DNA of 64,000 nt from Patescibacteria group bacterium (GTDB taxonomy: Bacteria; Patescibacteriota; Saccharimonadia; UBA4664). Below, one piece after another: positions 46,269-56,371 of this stretch. The position numbers were made by a program, and so were the translations under genes. A model generated the notes under the pieces. The model worked only from the letters and a program-made list of their open reading frames with translations. It was not told where the DNA came from and searched no databases. The DNA lies in NCBI GenBank assembly GCA_028288925.1, contig JAQGHG010000005.1, positions 15,991-79,990 of the forward strand, written 5' to 3'. How positions within the stretch are numbered: the stretch's first letter is position 1; each line of letters opens with the position of its first letter.

Positions 46269-46703
46269 TTAACCTTCGACTTCGATGCCCATGCTGCGGG
46301 CTTGGCCGGCCACGATCTTGGCGGCGCCTTCGAGGCTGTGGGCGTTCATGTCTTTCATTTTCTTCTCGGCCAGTTCGTTGACCTGAGCCTGGGTGAGGGT
46401 GCCAACTTTGGTCTTGTTGGGTACGCCCGAGCCCTTGGCGACGCCGGCGGCTTTGCGGATCTGGCTGGCCATGGTCTCCGAGGTGTAGGTGAAGGTAAAC
46501 GAGCGGTCTTCGAAGATGCGGACGCGGACGGTCAGCACTTGGTCGCCGAGGTCGCGGGTCTGTTCGTTGAACGCACCGATGAATTCCATCATGTTTACGC
46601 CGTGCGCACCCAGCATGGAACCGACCGGCGGGGCGGGGGTAGCCTTGCCGGCGGGAACGCGGAATTTAATATTGCCTTTAACTTTTTTGGTGGCTTTTGC
46701 CAT
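46269..46703 (-). CDS. rplK: 50S ribosomal protein L11
   Basis: AGKATPAPPVG..LG, ARSMGI. Confidence 0.97.
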   Translation of the reverse strand: MAKATKKVKGNIKFRVPAGKATPAPPVGSMLGAHGVNMMEFIGAFNEQTRDLGDQVLTVRVRIFEDRSFTFTYTSETMASQIRKAAGVAKGSGVPNKTKVGTLTQAQVNELAEKKMKDMNAHSLEGAAKIVAGQARSMGIEVEG

Positions 46704-46716
46704 GGGGTTCTCCTTT

Positions 46717-46747
46717 GTGGTGCAAGCGGCCCGGGTGAGCCTCCCAC
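46717..46747 (-). promoter_or_regulatory. L1-binding leader before rplK
   Basis: GUGGGAGGCUCACCCGGGCCGCUUGCACCAC followed by the AAGGAG SD. Confidence 0.75.
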
Positions 46748-46775
46748 TGATTATTAATAGCTAAATGATTGAGGC

Positions 46776-47318
46776 CTAAAGCTTCTTGACCTGCAGGCTG
46801 TCGAGCTCGACGGGGGTCTCGCGGCCAAACATGTTGACCAAGACCTTGATCTTGCCCTTGTTCTCGTCGATCTCGTTGACCATGCCGTCGAAGCCTTTGA
46901 AAGGCCCGTCGACGATATTGACCGACTCGCCAATGGTGAAGTCGATCTTAAACTTGGGCTCTTCGACGCCCATGCGCTTCTGGATGTGTTTGACCTCATC
47001 TTGGCTGATGGGCGTAGGCGTGGTGCCCGAGCCGACGAAGCCGGTGACATTGGGGGTGTTGCGGACGACGTACCAAGAATCTTCGGTGACATCCATCTCG
47101 ACCAGCACGTAGCCGGGGAAGATGCGGCGCTCGACGATGCGGCGACGGCCGTTTTTGATTTCGATCTGGTTTTCTTTGGGTACGATGACGTCGAAGATCT
47201 TGTCGGCCATGTGCATCGTCTCGATGCGCTGGCGCAGATTTTCGGCGACGCGGTCTTCGTAGCCCGAATAGGTATGAATCACGTACCAGTTCTTATTCTT
47301 GGTGTCTTTGACAGCCAT
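46776..47318 (-). CDS. nusG: Transcription termination/antitermination factor
   Basis: WYVIHTYSGYE, FPGYVLVEM, KOW, FGRETPVEL. Confidence 0.98.
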   Translation of the reverse strand: MAVKDTKNKNWYVIHTYSGYEDRVAENLRQRIETMHMADKIFDVIVPKENQIEIKNGRRRIVERRIFPGYVLVEMDVTEDSWYVVRNTPNVTGFVGSGTTPTPISQDEVKHIQKRMGVEEPKFKIDFTIGESVNIVDGPFKGFDGMVNEIDENKGKIKVLVNMFGRETPVELDSLQVKKL

Positions 47319-47320
47319 GC

Positions 47321-47509
47321 TTATCCTTTAACGATTATTTTTTGAACGAGGGTGGTAAAAACGAAATCGAGTGAGCCGAGAACGGCCGACATGATGATCG
47401 AAAAGATGATAACCAGAATCGTGAGGCGCATGGTTTGGCGCCGGGTGGGCCAGGCGACTTTAGCGAGCTCGGCCCGCGAGGCGGCAAAGTACTCAATAAG
47501 TGGCTTCAC
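47321..47509 (-). CDS. secE: Preprotein translocase SecE
   Basis: ELAKVAWPTR plus TM; GTG start after AAGGAG. Confidence 0.93.
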   Translation of the reverse strand: MKPLIEYFAASRAELAKVAWPTRRQTMRLTILVIIFSIIMSAVLGSLDFVFTTLVQKIIVKG

Positions 47510-47597
47510 GTGTTTGGTTCTCTCCTTTGATGGCCAAATTAAAAAAGCCCGTGGCTTTGTCAATAAATATGCCTGAAATGAGGGAAAATGTCAATGG

Positions 47598-49199
47598 CTA
47601 AAAGGCTTTGAGCCACGGCAAGGCCAGGGCGGCGGCAACGAGGAGTGTGGTGAGTGCGACAATCAGGCTCAGTGCGCCGCGGTTGGCGTCGCTGGGCTGG
47701 CGGCTGGAGAGGAGTGAGACGAGTGCGTCTGGTTGGTCTACGGTGATGAGCCGGCGGTAGAGCGCCGTCCACCAGGTGGCCGTGCCGGCGCCGAAGAGCG
47801 CCCCGGCTAGCCAGGCGAGGATGGTGACACCGGCGATGACCGCCCAGTGCCAGTGGGGTGGTGCCGCCAGGACGAAGGCTATGGCCAGTGCGGCGAGCGG
47901 CACCGCTAGGATGAGCTCCAGGGCGGCAGACATAAAGCGTAGGCCCAGGAGCTCGAAGCGGTGGCTGAAGAGACGCCAGCCGAGCTTGGCGGCGGCTACG
48001 GGCGTCTGCTGGGTGAGTACTATGGCGACCGCTGCTAAGCCACGGGAGAGGGCTAAGGCGGTAAGGAGGTATAGCAACACCAGGAAGGCCGTGAAGATGG
48101 CGGCTATTTGGAGCTGGGTGTCGACCGGCCAGCTACCTCCGCCCGCGACCAAGAGGGCGCCCATGCCCGCCAAGAGCACTAGCTCAGCCAGGCCGAAGCC
48201 TAGATCGAGTAGTAGACGGCGGCCGAAGGTATTGACACCGACGCCGAGCTGACGCGTGAACGGGACGGGGCGTTGGTCGGCCTCGCGAGCGACGCCATAG
48301 GTGATGGCGGCTTGGCCGACGCTGCGGCCGATGTAGTACAAGACGGCTAGGAGGGTGGCCTCGATGAGCAGGGGCGGCCCGCCGTGGCTCAGGCGTGTAG
48401 CCATAGTGGAGAGGCCGCCGGTGAGCAGCAGCCAAGCCCCGTAGGCGCCGGCGGCGGCAAAGCTTAGCGCGCCCAGGGAGGCCAAGACGATGAGCCGGGG
48501 GCGCATGCGCGCGCGCATACTAAAGGTCAGTACGGCGCCGAAGTGCAAGGGCGGTACCCCGACTTTGTGAACGGCGTGGTGTGGTTTCTTGAACGGGCGG
48601 ATTTTTTGGACCGTCGGGGCCGGGGCGGAAGGTTGTGGCGCCGGCGTGGCTTTGGCGGCCGCCGGGACGTGCGCGTGGCGCGTGTGTACGCCGCGAGGGG
48701 CAATGTCGCTCATGCGGCGCGGGCCACCGGCGGGAGTGGGCGCGGCGGCAGCCAATTTGGGCGCCGAGGGTAGCGGGGCGGGCGCGGCCGACGCGATGGT
48801 ACGGGGTACGTCCAGGCGGCCGGATTTAGGGCGGCCGGCCTTGCGTTTCTTGGGCTTGGCCTCCCCCGTGGGTTTGGGATCTGATGATTTGGAGACGGCC
48901 TTGAGTGGGTTTATGCGTGAGCGCGGTTTGATGATGCCGGCGACATCCTCCGATACGGGAGGTGTCCCGGGCTCATCCGATTCGAGGGCGGCTAGCACGG
49001 GAGGCCCGGCCGTGGGTTCGTCCGGATTGACCGGCAGGATCTTGACCCCTTCGGGAAGACCGTTTTCTTGCACCGCTACGCCGGCCGTGCTTTTCTTGAC
49101 GGCTGACTCGGGTACCATTTGGCCACAGTTAATGCAGAAATGCTGATCCTGCACGGCTATGACTTGATCTGAATGACAATTTGGGCAAACCATTAGCAT
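47598..49199 (-). CDS. Membrane protein with N-terminal zinc ribbon and disordered linker
   Basis: CPNC...CINCG, Pro/Lys-rich linker, about 7 TM. Confidence 0.7.
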   Translation of the reverse strand: MLMVCPNCHSDQVIAVQDQHFCINCGQMVPESAVKKSTAGVAVQENGLPEGVKILPVNPDEPTAGPPVLAALESDEPGTPPVSEDVAGIIKPRSRINPLKAVSKSSDPKPTGEAKPKKRKAGRPKSGRLDVPRTIASAAPAPLPSAPKLAAAAPTPAGGPRRMSDIAPRGVHTRHAHVPAAAKATPAPQPSAPAPTVQKIRPFKKPHHAVHKVGVPPLHFGAVLTFSMRARMRPRLIVLASLGALSFAAAGAYGAWLLLTGGLSTMATRLSHGGPPLLIEATLLAVLYYIGRSVGQAAITYGVAREADQRPVPFTRQLGVGVNTFGRRLLLDLGFGLAELVLLAGMGALLVAGGGSWPVDTQLQIAAIFTAFLVLLYLLTALALSRGLAAVAIVLTQQTPVAAAKLGWRLFSHRFELLGLRFMSAALELILAVPLAALAIAFVLAAPPHWHWAVIAGVTILAWLAGALFGAGTATWWTALYRRLITVDQPDALVSLLSSRQPSDANRGALSLIVALTTLLVAAALALPWLKAF

Positions 49200-49332
49200 T
49201 ATTTAAGCATCCCTGGGCAAACTTCTCAACGTGGCTATGCTTCGGAAGTTATCCCCCGCTATCCCCAGAATTTTTGTACGTTCTACCAACAAAGGGGGTA
49301 TTGGCTTTAGTGATTTGTCTAAAGTACCCATG

Positions 49333-51018
49333 TTATCTCCGGTGTAGGGGCTGCGCGGCGGCGGCTTGGGCCGAGGCGGTTATTTTTTCGGGTTCGGCGG
49401 TGTCGATATAATTTGGCACGGACACTCTAAAGGTGGAGCCGTGATTTAGACGCGACGTGAAGGTAATGTCGGCATTGAGTTTCTCGGCTAGTTTGTGGGT
49501 GATGTAAAGCCCGAGCCCAGTGCCGCCGGTTTGGCGGGTACGGAAGTCTTCGGAGCGGTAGAATTTGGTGAAGATCTTGGATTTATCGCTGGCGGATATG
49601 CCGATGCCGGTATCGGAGACGGCGAATTGAACCCCGCCGGGAATTTTCTCCGCTTCCAGGGTGACGGTTCCGCTGTCCGTGTATTTGATGGCATTGGTGA
49701 GGAAGTTTTGCAGGATTTCGTGAAGTTCGTGCTCGCTGGTGACGAGGTTGCCGAGATCTTCGCTTAGTTTGGTCTCTAGCTTTAGCTGTTTGGCTTCGGC
49801 CTGGGCGCGGTAGTCGCGGGCCAGCTGCTCCAAAAACTGGCGTGTGTCGATGATCTCATGGTTGAGCTTGAGCGCCCCCCGTTCGGCTCGCGAAAGTGTG
49901 GTGAGGTCCTGGATGAGCTCGCCGAGGAAGACGATATTCTCGTGAGTTTGGTTGAGAAGTTTTTTGGCTTTGGGATCGATTTTGGCGAAGCCGGGTAACA
50001 GAGCGGTGGACAGATTGGCCTCGGCTATCGCCAGGGGCGTGCGCAGTTCGTGCGAGGCGACTGATATAAACTCATCGCGCTCTTCGTCGAGGGATTTTTG
50101 CTTAGTGATGTCGCGGAAGACGACCATATACCCGCCCCAATTGTCGGAGCCGTAGCCGAAGACATGCACCGGAGAGACGGTGAGGTCGAGGATCATTTTG
50201 GAGCCGTCGCCGGCTTCGTACTGCAGGTCTTGACGGCTCATGGCGTGGTCGTCGTGAGTGATGAGCTTGAGCAGATTGACGCGTTTGCCCCGGCTGTTTT
50301 GGAGCGGCAAGAGCTCGTTGATGGAGTTGCCGCTGATGTCGCGGTTGGTGTTGAGGAGCTCGAGAGCCGCCGCGTTGTAGAGGTAGACCTTGCCTTCGGC
50401 GTCGACGGCCAGCACGGCGTTGGAGAGGCTGTTGATGAGGCTGAGCAGCCGCTGCCGTTCGTTTTCGATGCGCCGAGTAAAGCGTGATTCTAGTAGATAT
50501 TCTTCGTCGCGGCTGCGTACAGACTGCTCGGCCACCAAGCTAAATACCACTAGCAGGACGAGCTTGATGATGAACTGGAATTCAGGAGTGTTGGGCAGCG
50601 GCGCGAGCCCGACCTTGAGCAGAATGAGGGTAATGAAGACCTGGGCGCTCAGCGAGAAGGCGAACCCGGCGATGCCGAATGAGGCAATAACAGCGATAAT
50701 GAGGAGGAAAAATAATGGGTAGTATGGGCTGGAAAGGCCGCCGGACAAAACCGCCAGCGACAGCACGAACACATGATCTACCGCCAGCGAGTTCATGCGC
50801 GAATTAAAGAACGGCAACTGGGCGACGCGGCGGTTGTAGCGGATGCCATTGTAGATCGCCATGAGGATAATCATGGTCATAACGACCAGTCCGTTGGACG
50901 AGGCGTCAAAGGGGAAGGTGATCAGGACGAGTACGAGACAAATCCAGCGAATCGTCCGTGAAGATGATTCGAAGTATTCGTCCCGGTCAAAGACTGGCGG
51001 AGTAAGGTGGGCCTTCAT
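49333..51018 (-). CDS. Sensor histidine kinase (multi-TM, PAS)
   Basis: SHELRTPL, NFLTNAIKYT, DTGIGI, GTGLGL. Confidence 0.95.
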   Translation of the reverse strand: MKAHLTPPVFDRDEYFESSSRTIRWICLVLVLITFPFDASSNGLVVMTMIILMAIYNGIRYNRRVAQLPFFNSRMNSLAVDHVFVLSLAVLSGGLSSPYYPLFFLLIIAVIASFGIAGFAFSLSAQVFITLILLKVGLAPLPNTPEFQFIIKLVLLVVFSLVAEQSVRSRDEEYLLESRFTRRIENERQRLLSLINSLSNAVLAVDAEGKVYLYNAAALELLNTNRDISGNSINELLPLQNSRGKRVNLLKLITHDDHAMSRQDLQYEAGDGSKMILDLTVSPVHVFGYGSDNWGGYMVVFRDITKQKSLDEERDEFISVASHELRTPLAIAEANLSTALLPGFAKIDPKAKKLLNQTHENIVFLGELIQDLTTLSRAERGALKLNHEIIDTRQFLEQLARDYRAQAEAKQLKLETKLSEDLGNLVTSEHELHEILQNFLTNAIKYTDSGTVTLEAEKIPGGVQFAVSDTGIGISASDKSKIFTKFYRSEDFRTRQTGGTGLGLYITHKLAEKLNADITFTSRLNHGSTFRVSVPNYIDTAEPEKITASAQAAAAQPLHRR

Positions 51019-51056
51019 ATCTATGTATTAGCATAACCGTAATGCGGGGGCTTTGA

Positions 51057-51494
51057 CTAGGGGCGTTTTAGGAAGCGGCCGCGGTAACGGTAGGCCAGCC
51101 AGCCGAGAATAGCGATAAGGCCGAAGCCAAGCGAAAACCATAGCCACCCCCAGAGGTTGCCGGATTCGCCATCGGTCTGGTGGGGCGCGCCGTCGGCCTC
51201 GCCGGCTAGCACGCGCAGAGCGTCGCTGGTGGTGGGCGCTTGCAGGGCGCTGGCGTTGGGGGCGGTTAAGCCGGTGGCATCGCTGGTGGTCGATTGCAGA
51301 GGCGATAGGCCGGCTGGTTGCAGCGAGGCGGCGTCGGCACTAGACCCGCCGGCTTGTGTGGTAGACTGCGGCCCCAGGCCGGAGGCGGGGTTGGGCGTTG
51401 GCGCCGGCGAAGCTAGGGTGTCGTCGGCCAAGATTGTGGCTGGAGCAAGGGTAAATGCTGCTATGAGGAGAGGGATGATGAAGCGTTTTGACAT
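51057..51494 (-). CDS. Small secreted, C-terminally anchored low-complexity protein
   Basis: Signal MSKRFIIPLL.., S/T/A/P-rich middle, TM plus basic tail; TACAAT 6 nt upstream. Confidence 0.65.
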   Translation of the reverse strand: MSKRFIIPLLIAAFTLAPATILADDTLASPAPTPNPASGLGPQSTTQAGGSSADAASLQPAGLSPLQSTTSDATGLTAPNASALQAPTTSDALRVLAGEADGAPHQTDGESGNLWGWLWFSLGFGLIAILGWLAYRYRGRFLKRP

Positions 51495-51563
51495 GTGGTC
51501 ATTGTAACCGTTCCCCCATCCGGCTTCAAACCAGGTTAGGTAAAACGCCTGTGCTTTGGCATA

Positions 51564-52607
51564 ATGGGACGTATGATAACTCCTCCCCGCCGGTCGCGAT
51601 GGTATTTGGTGTGGTATCCGATCATCGCGGTAGCTGTGATCGATGTGGTGTACCAGCTGCTCATCTCGTGGCGTCAAGCAGACCTTATCCTTCACGCCCG
51701 GCCGGGGTCGTTGTTGCTCGCGATGCTCAATCAAGTGGCGGTTTATGTAGTGCTAGTGCCGGCCATGCAGCAATTCTTCGAGACGGCGAATATCCGGCTA
51801 TCGGGCTGGCGGGTTTTTAGCCTGATCGGAACGGGACTAGCCTTGGCCAAAATCGTGCCAGCTGGTGAGTATGTGGTGTGGCGTACGCAGCTGCGGCGGT
51901 TCCGTGGAGGCGTGGGGGCCGCGACTCAGTGGCAAGTCATGTACTACGTCTGGATGTTTGGCTGCTTGATAGGATTGTTCTTTGTAGGGGAGGTTCTGAC
52001 GCTCCTGATCCGGCCCCACGCTCACTCCGCTACGGTTATTGGAAATTTGCGCTTTATTCCCATAGGCGCTAGCTTGGTATTTTTGCTCCTGCTACTGCTG
52101 TCGCGTTTTTCTCGGGCGCGGTCGGCTTTGGTGAAGTTCGCGGCTGATAAGCTGGGGAGCCGGACGCTCTCCCCGCTTGGAATTATTCGGGACCGGCGTC
52201 TGAACCGGGGATTTTTGGCTACACTGACGTTCGCTTCGGTCTCGGTGTGGCTGATCGAAGCGTTTACGATGTTTTTGTGCTTGCGATCGGTGGGCGTACA
52301 CGTGCCTCTGACGCTGGCGCTGTTTGGTTTTACCTTTGCCCGGATCTTTACCTTCTTGCCGCTGACGCCGGGTGGAATTGGCGAAATCGAGGCTGGGATG
52401 AGCTTGTTTTTCGCGGCGTATGGCTTCCATGTGCTGCCGGTGCTGACGGGTACAGTGCTATACCGGCTGATTACATACTGGGTGCCGTTATTTTTGGGCG
52501 TGGGGACATACGCTGGCTTGCGGTGGGGATCTTCGTCCGGAAGCGGTACGGCCGGTACACCGCTATTCGCCGCGCAGTTGCACAGACGAGGGGGCGTTCG
52601 GGCTTAG
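51564..52607 (+). CDS. Lysylphosphatidylglycerol-synthase TM/flippase-like (UPF0104) protein
   Basis: TPGGIG.IE, LYRLITYW. Confidence 0.85.
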   Translation: MGRMITPPRRSRWYLVWYPIIAVAVIDVVYQLLISWRQADLILHARPGSLLLAMLNQVAVYVVLVPAMQQFFETANIRLSGWRVFSLIGTGLALAKIVPAGEYVVWRTQLRRFRGGVGAATQWQVMYYVWMFGCLIGLFFVGEVLTLLIRPHAHSATVIGNLRFIPIGASLVFLLLLLLSRFSRARSALVKFAADKLGSRTLSPLGIIRDRRLNRGFLATLTFASVSVWLIEAFTMFLCLRSVGVHVPLTLALFGFTFARIFTFLPLTPGGIGEIEAGMSLFFAAYGFHVLPVLTGTVLYRLITYWVPLFLGVGTYAGLRWGSSSGSGTAGTPLFAAQLHRRGGVRA

Positions 52608-54445
52608 CCGGCGCGGTGGCGCTTGCGTTCGTTGTTGGTGAGGTAGCGCTTGCGCATGCGGAGATTTTGAGGGGTCACTTCGAGCAGTTCGTCGTTTTCG
52701 ATGAAGTCGAGAGCTTCTTCCAGGGTGAGCTGGGTGAAGGGCGTGAGCTGGGTGGTCATGTCGGTGGAAGAGGCGCGTACGTTGGTAAGCTTCTTTTCCT
52801 TGGCGACGTTGATTTCCATGTCTTCGCCGCGGCGGTTGATACCGATGATCATGCCTTCGTAGACCTTGGTACCAGGCCCGATAAAGGCGTTGCCGCGCTC
52901 TTCGACGGTACCGAGGCTGTAGGTGGTGGAGGAGCCGGCTTCGCTGGCGATGAGCACACCGTTGCGGAGCTGCTGGAGAGCCGCGCCGAGGGGCTCGTAG
53001 CCTTTGAGGAGGCTGTTGACGATAGCGGTGCCTTTGGTGCCCGTGAGTAGAACGTTGCGCAGGCCCAAGAGGGTGCGGGTGGGCAGCGTGTAGATGAGCT
53101 GGGTAGTGTTCTTGGTGGTGGGCTCCATGGTGATCATGTTGGCCTTGCGGCGGCCGAGCTCGGAGGTGACGGCGCCGACGTATTCTTCGGGGACTTCAAC
53201 GGTGAGCTCTTCGATGGGCTCCATGACCTTGCCGTTTTCTTCCTTGGTGACGACCTGGGGCCGGCCGACTTCCATTTCGAAGCCTTCGCGGCGCAGCGTC
53301 TCGATGAGGACGGAGAGGTGGAGCTCGCCGCGTCCGGATACCAGGAAGTCGGTGCCGCGGTCGATGACGCGCAGGCCGACATTGGTCTCAAGCTCGCGCT
53401 CGAGGCGGGCGCCGATCTGACGGCTGGTGGTGAACTTACCTTCTTTGCCGGCAAACGGGCTGGTGTTGGGTCCGATCTGGATCTGAAGCGTGGGAGCTTC
53501 GATTTCCATGACGGGCAGCGCCTCGGGGGTCTCGGGGTCGGTCAGGCTACCGCCGATGTTGGCGGCGCCGATGCCGGTGATCCAGACGATATCGCCGGCG
53601 ACGGCTTCGGTAACTTCGATGCGCTCGAGGCCTTGGGCTACGAAAAGCTTGTCGGCCTTGGCGCCCGACACGGTGCCGTCGCGGTGGATGTAGGCGAGCG
53701 CCTGGCCGGCCTTAATGCTGCCGCGCTGAATGCGGCCGATGGCGTATTTGCCCTGGTACGAGTCCCAGGAGAGCGACGTGACGAGCATCTGGTAGGGGCC
53801 GTTGAGGTCGACGCGCGGAGCTGGAATATGGTTGATGATGGCGTCAAAGATAGGGTTTAGATCGCCGGTGGCTTCGACTTCGGCTTCGGTGGGCTCGTGG
53901 TCCCAAGCTTTGCCGTCGCGGCCGATGGCGTAGTACACGGGGAATTCGAGCTGGTCGTCGGAGACGGCGAGGTCTAAGAACAAGTGCTCGATCTCTTCGA
54001 CGACTTCCTTGGCGCGTTGGTCGCGTTTGTCGATTTTGTTGACCACTACGACGGGCTTGAGGCCGAGGGCCAGGGCGCGGGTGAGCACGAACTTGGTCTG
54101 GGGCATGGGGCCTTCTTGGGCGTCGACGATGAGCAGGCAGCCGTCGGCCATGTTGAGGGTGCGCTCGACCTCACCGGAGAAGTCGGCGTGACCCGGAGTG
54201 TCGATGATGTTGATTTTGAATCCGTTGTGATTGACCGCGATGGTCTTGGCCGAGATAGTAATCCCCCGCTCGCGCTCCAGGTCGCCGGTGTCGAGGATGG
54301 CGGTCTGCTGCATTTCGGCTTGGTTGTCGCGGAAGGTCTTGGACTGCTTGAGCAGGCCGTCTACGAGCGTGGTCTTGCCGTGGTCGACGTGCGCGATAAT
54401 GGCGACGTTGCGGATCTGATCGGTTTTGATGATGGTGGGATTCAT
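52604..54445 (-). CDS. typA: Translational GTPase TypA/BipA
   Basis: AHVDHGKTT, ERERGITI, DTPGHADF, GRGELHL, EVTP. Confidence 0.98.
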   Translation of the reverse strand: MNPTIIKTDQIRNVAIIAHVDHGKTTLVDGLLKQSKTFRDNQAEMQQTAILDTGDLERERGITISAKTIAVNHNGFKINIIDTPGHADFSGEVERTLNMADGCLLIVDAQEGPMPQTKFVLTRALALGLKPVVVVNKIDKRDQRAKEVVEEIEHLFLDLAVSDDQLEFPVYYAIGRDGKAWDHEPTEAEVEATGDLNPIFDAIINHIPAPRVDLNGPYQMLVTSLSWDSYQGKYAIGRIQRGSIKAGQALAYIHRDGTVSGAKADKLFVAQGLERIEVTEAVAGDIVWITGIGAANIGGSLTDPETPEALPVMEIEAPTLQIQIGPNTSPFAGKEGKFTTSRQIGARLERELETNVGLRVIDRGTDFLVSGRGELHLSVLIETLRREGFEMEVGRPQVVTKEENGKVMEPIEELTVEVPEEYVGAVTSELGRRKANMITMEPTTKNTTQLIYTLPTRTLLGLRNVLLTGTKGTAIVNSLLKGYEPLGAALQQLRNGVLIASEAGSSTTYSLGTVEERGNAFIGPGTKVYEGMIIGINRRGEDMEINVAKEKKLTNVRASSTDMTTQLTPFTQLTLEEALDFIENDELLEVTPQNLRMRKRYLTNNERKRHRAG

Positions 54446-54772
54446 ATGGTATGGCTCACAATTTAAAACGCCCGAGCAGTAATGATCACGCTCGCGCGGG
54501 TATGTATTGCTGATATTTTAACATATCTCATTTGGTTTGTCAGGTGTTATTATACTACCATATTCAGTGCTATAGGTCAATAGTGTTCCCGTGAATTGGG
54601 GCGGACAGAAGGCAAACTCGCGTTCGGTTACTATTACGAACTTCGGAAACCTAAGGACGGGAGGGTTATATTTAGGCTCATCTGGTGAGTTCCATTCATA
54701 GTGATGTCCGAACTTCGTACATCGCGCGAGATACTTGAACCCAGTCCTCATTCATGGTAAAAAATGATTACA

Positions 54773-54964
54773 GGCAATGACGCGGCCGACACCGCACGAG
54801 CTGGGAAAAGAACACCACATTGGTCATTAGAACTCCCCGGGTATGCCCGTAATAGCTGACATGAAGGCTGCGCTGGCGCAGCAAAGCAAGGTGGCACCAC
54901 GGAATTATTTCGTCCTTGCGGGCTTTTCGCTGATTTTCGGCTGGAAAGCGCGCAAGGATTTTTT
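54773..54964 (+). ncRNA. T-box riboswitch, ultrashort Stem I, Asp (GAC) specifier, with terminator
   Basis: GGCAAUGA-CGCGG-CCGACA-CCGC-ACGAGC; Stem II, IIA/B and III; AAGGUGGCACCACGG...UCGUCCUUG; terminator UCCUUGCG...CGCAAGGA-UUUUUU. Confidence 0.9.
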
Positions 54965-54987
54965 GATTGAGAAGGAGAACGTTTTTA

Positions 54988-56301
54988 ATGAATGACACAA
55001 CGGTTCGGGAATTAAAAGAGCACATTGGTAAGACCACCACGGTTCGGGGCTGGCTGCACAAGCGGCGGGATATGGGCGGCATTGTGTTTGTGATATTGCG
55101 CGATCGTACCGGCGTGGTGCAAGCGGTGGTCAAGGATGAAGTTGAGGTTGCTAAACTTGGCGGTTTGCAGAATGGTTCGGTCCTACGCCTGACCGGCAAC
55201 GTAGTAGACGAACCGCGCGCCGCCGGTGGCGTGGAGCTGCATGAGCCAAAGCTGGAGATCGTTTCGGCGGTTTCCGAGGTAATGCCGATCGAGATCGACA
55301 AGCCGATCGACCACAAAAGCGAAAACTTCGACACCTTGTTTGAAAACCGGGCGATAAACCTGCGCAACCTGAGTGAGCGGGCGATCTTTCGGGTGCAGGC
55401 TGCCATGGGTCAAGGTTTTCGCAAGTTCTTTGAAGAGCGTGAGTTTACCGAGATTCACACCCCTAAGTTGTTGGCGGGTGCTACTGAGGGTGGCGCCGAG
55501 GTCTTCAAAACTGAATATTTTGGGCAAATGGCTACCTTGGCCCAATCGCCGCAGTTTTATAAGCAGATGATGGTGGGCGTATTCGAGCGCGTGTTTGAGA
55601 TGGGGCCGGTGTACCGTGCCGAGCCAAGTGTCACTACGCGCCATATGAGTGAATATATTTCGCTGGACGCCGAGATTGGTTTTGTTGATTTTGATGAATT
55701 GCTGACGATGATATCTGAAGCTCTCAACTTCATGGTGGATTATGCCTGGAAACACACCCGCGAAGAGCTTGAGCTGCTCGGCGCCCAAAAGCCGAAGCTG
55801 GCCAAAGAATTACCGCGGCTAACAATGGCCGAGATCCATGATTTGTATTCCAAGGCTACGGGCGAGAATACTCGCGATGAGCTCGATCTCTTTCCCGCTG
55901 AAGAGCGCTGGATTTGTGAATACGCGGCCAAAGAGCTGGGTTCCGAAGCGGTGTTCGTGACGGAATGGCCGATGCGGGATGCGAAATTTTACCATCTAGG
56001 TGACGAAAAGCACCCCGAAGTGGCTGTAAGAGCCGACCTGCTGTTCCGGGGGATTGAGATTGTGACAGCCAGTATGCGAGAGCACCGTTATGACGTCCTC
56101 GTGAAACAGCTGCGTGAAATGGCCAATGGCGACCCAGAGAGCGAAGGTTTCAAGTATTATCTGAGTGCTTTTAAGTACGGGATGCCGCCGCACGGCGGGT
56201 TTGCCATGGGCTTGGAGCGCGTGACGCAGGAGATGATCGGTTTGAGTAACGTCAAAGAAGCTACTCTCTTCCCGCGCGACACCAAACGCTTGGCGCCGTA
56301 G
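54988..56301 (+). CDS. aspS: Aspartate--tRNA ligase, short archaeal-type (probably non-discriminating Asp/Asn)
   Basis: OB fold F..LRDRTG..Q, LAQSPQFYKQ, RAE..T.RH, PPHGG..GLER, FPRD; no GAD insert. Confidence 0.93.
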   Translation: MNDTTVRELKEHIGKTTTVRGWLHKRRDMGGIVFVILRDRTGVVQAVVKDEVEVAKLGGLQNGSVLRLTGNVVDEPRAAGGVELHEPKLEIVSAVSEVMPIEIDKPIDHKSENFDTLFENRAINLRNLSERAIFRVQAAMGQGFRKFFEEREFTEIHTPKLLAGATEGGAEVFKTEYFGQMATLAQSPQFYKQMMVGVFERVFEMGPVYRAEPSVTTRHMSEYISLDAEIGFVDFDELLTMISEALNFMVDYAWKHTREELELLGAQKPKLAKELPRLTMAEIHDLYSKATGENTRDELDLFPAEERWICEYAAKELGSEAVFVTEWPMRDAKFYHLGDEKHPEVAVRADLLFRGIEIVTASMREHRYDVLVKQLREMANGDPESEGFKYYLSAFKYGMPPHGGFAMGLERVTQEMIGLSNVKEATLFPRDTKRLAP

Positions 56302-56371
56302 ATTTCCGGCTCGTATAACGCTTAAGCTTCCTGTATTATGCTGGTATAAGACTGAGTTGGTGGCGAGGTGA

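Noticed and set aside
54518-54751. 77-aa minus-strand ORF between typA and the T-box
   Set aside because: No motif, low GC, and it overlaps divergent promoter space; cannot be supported as a gene
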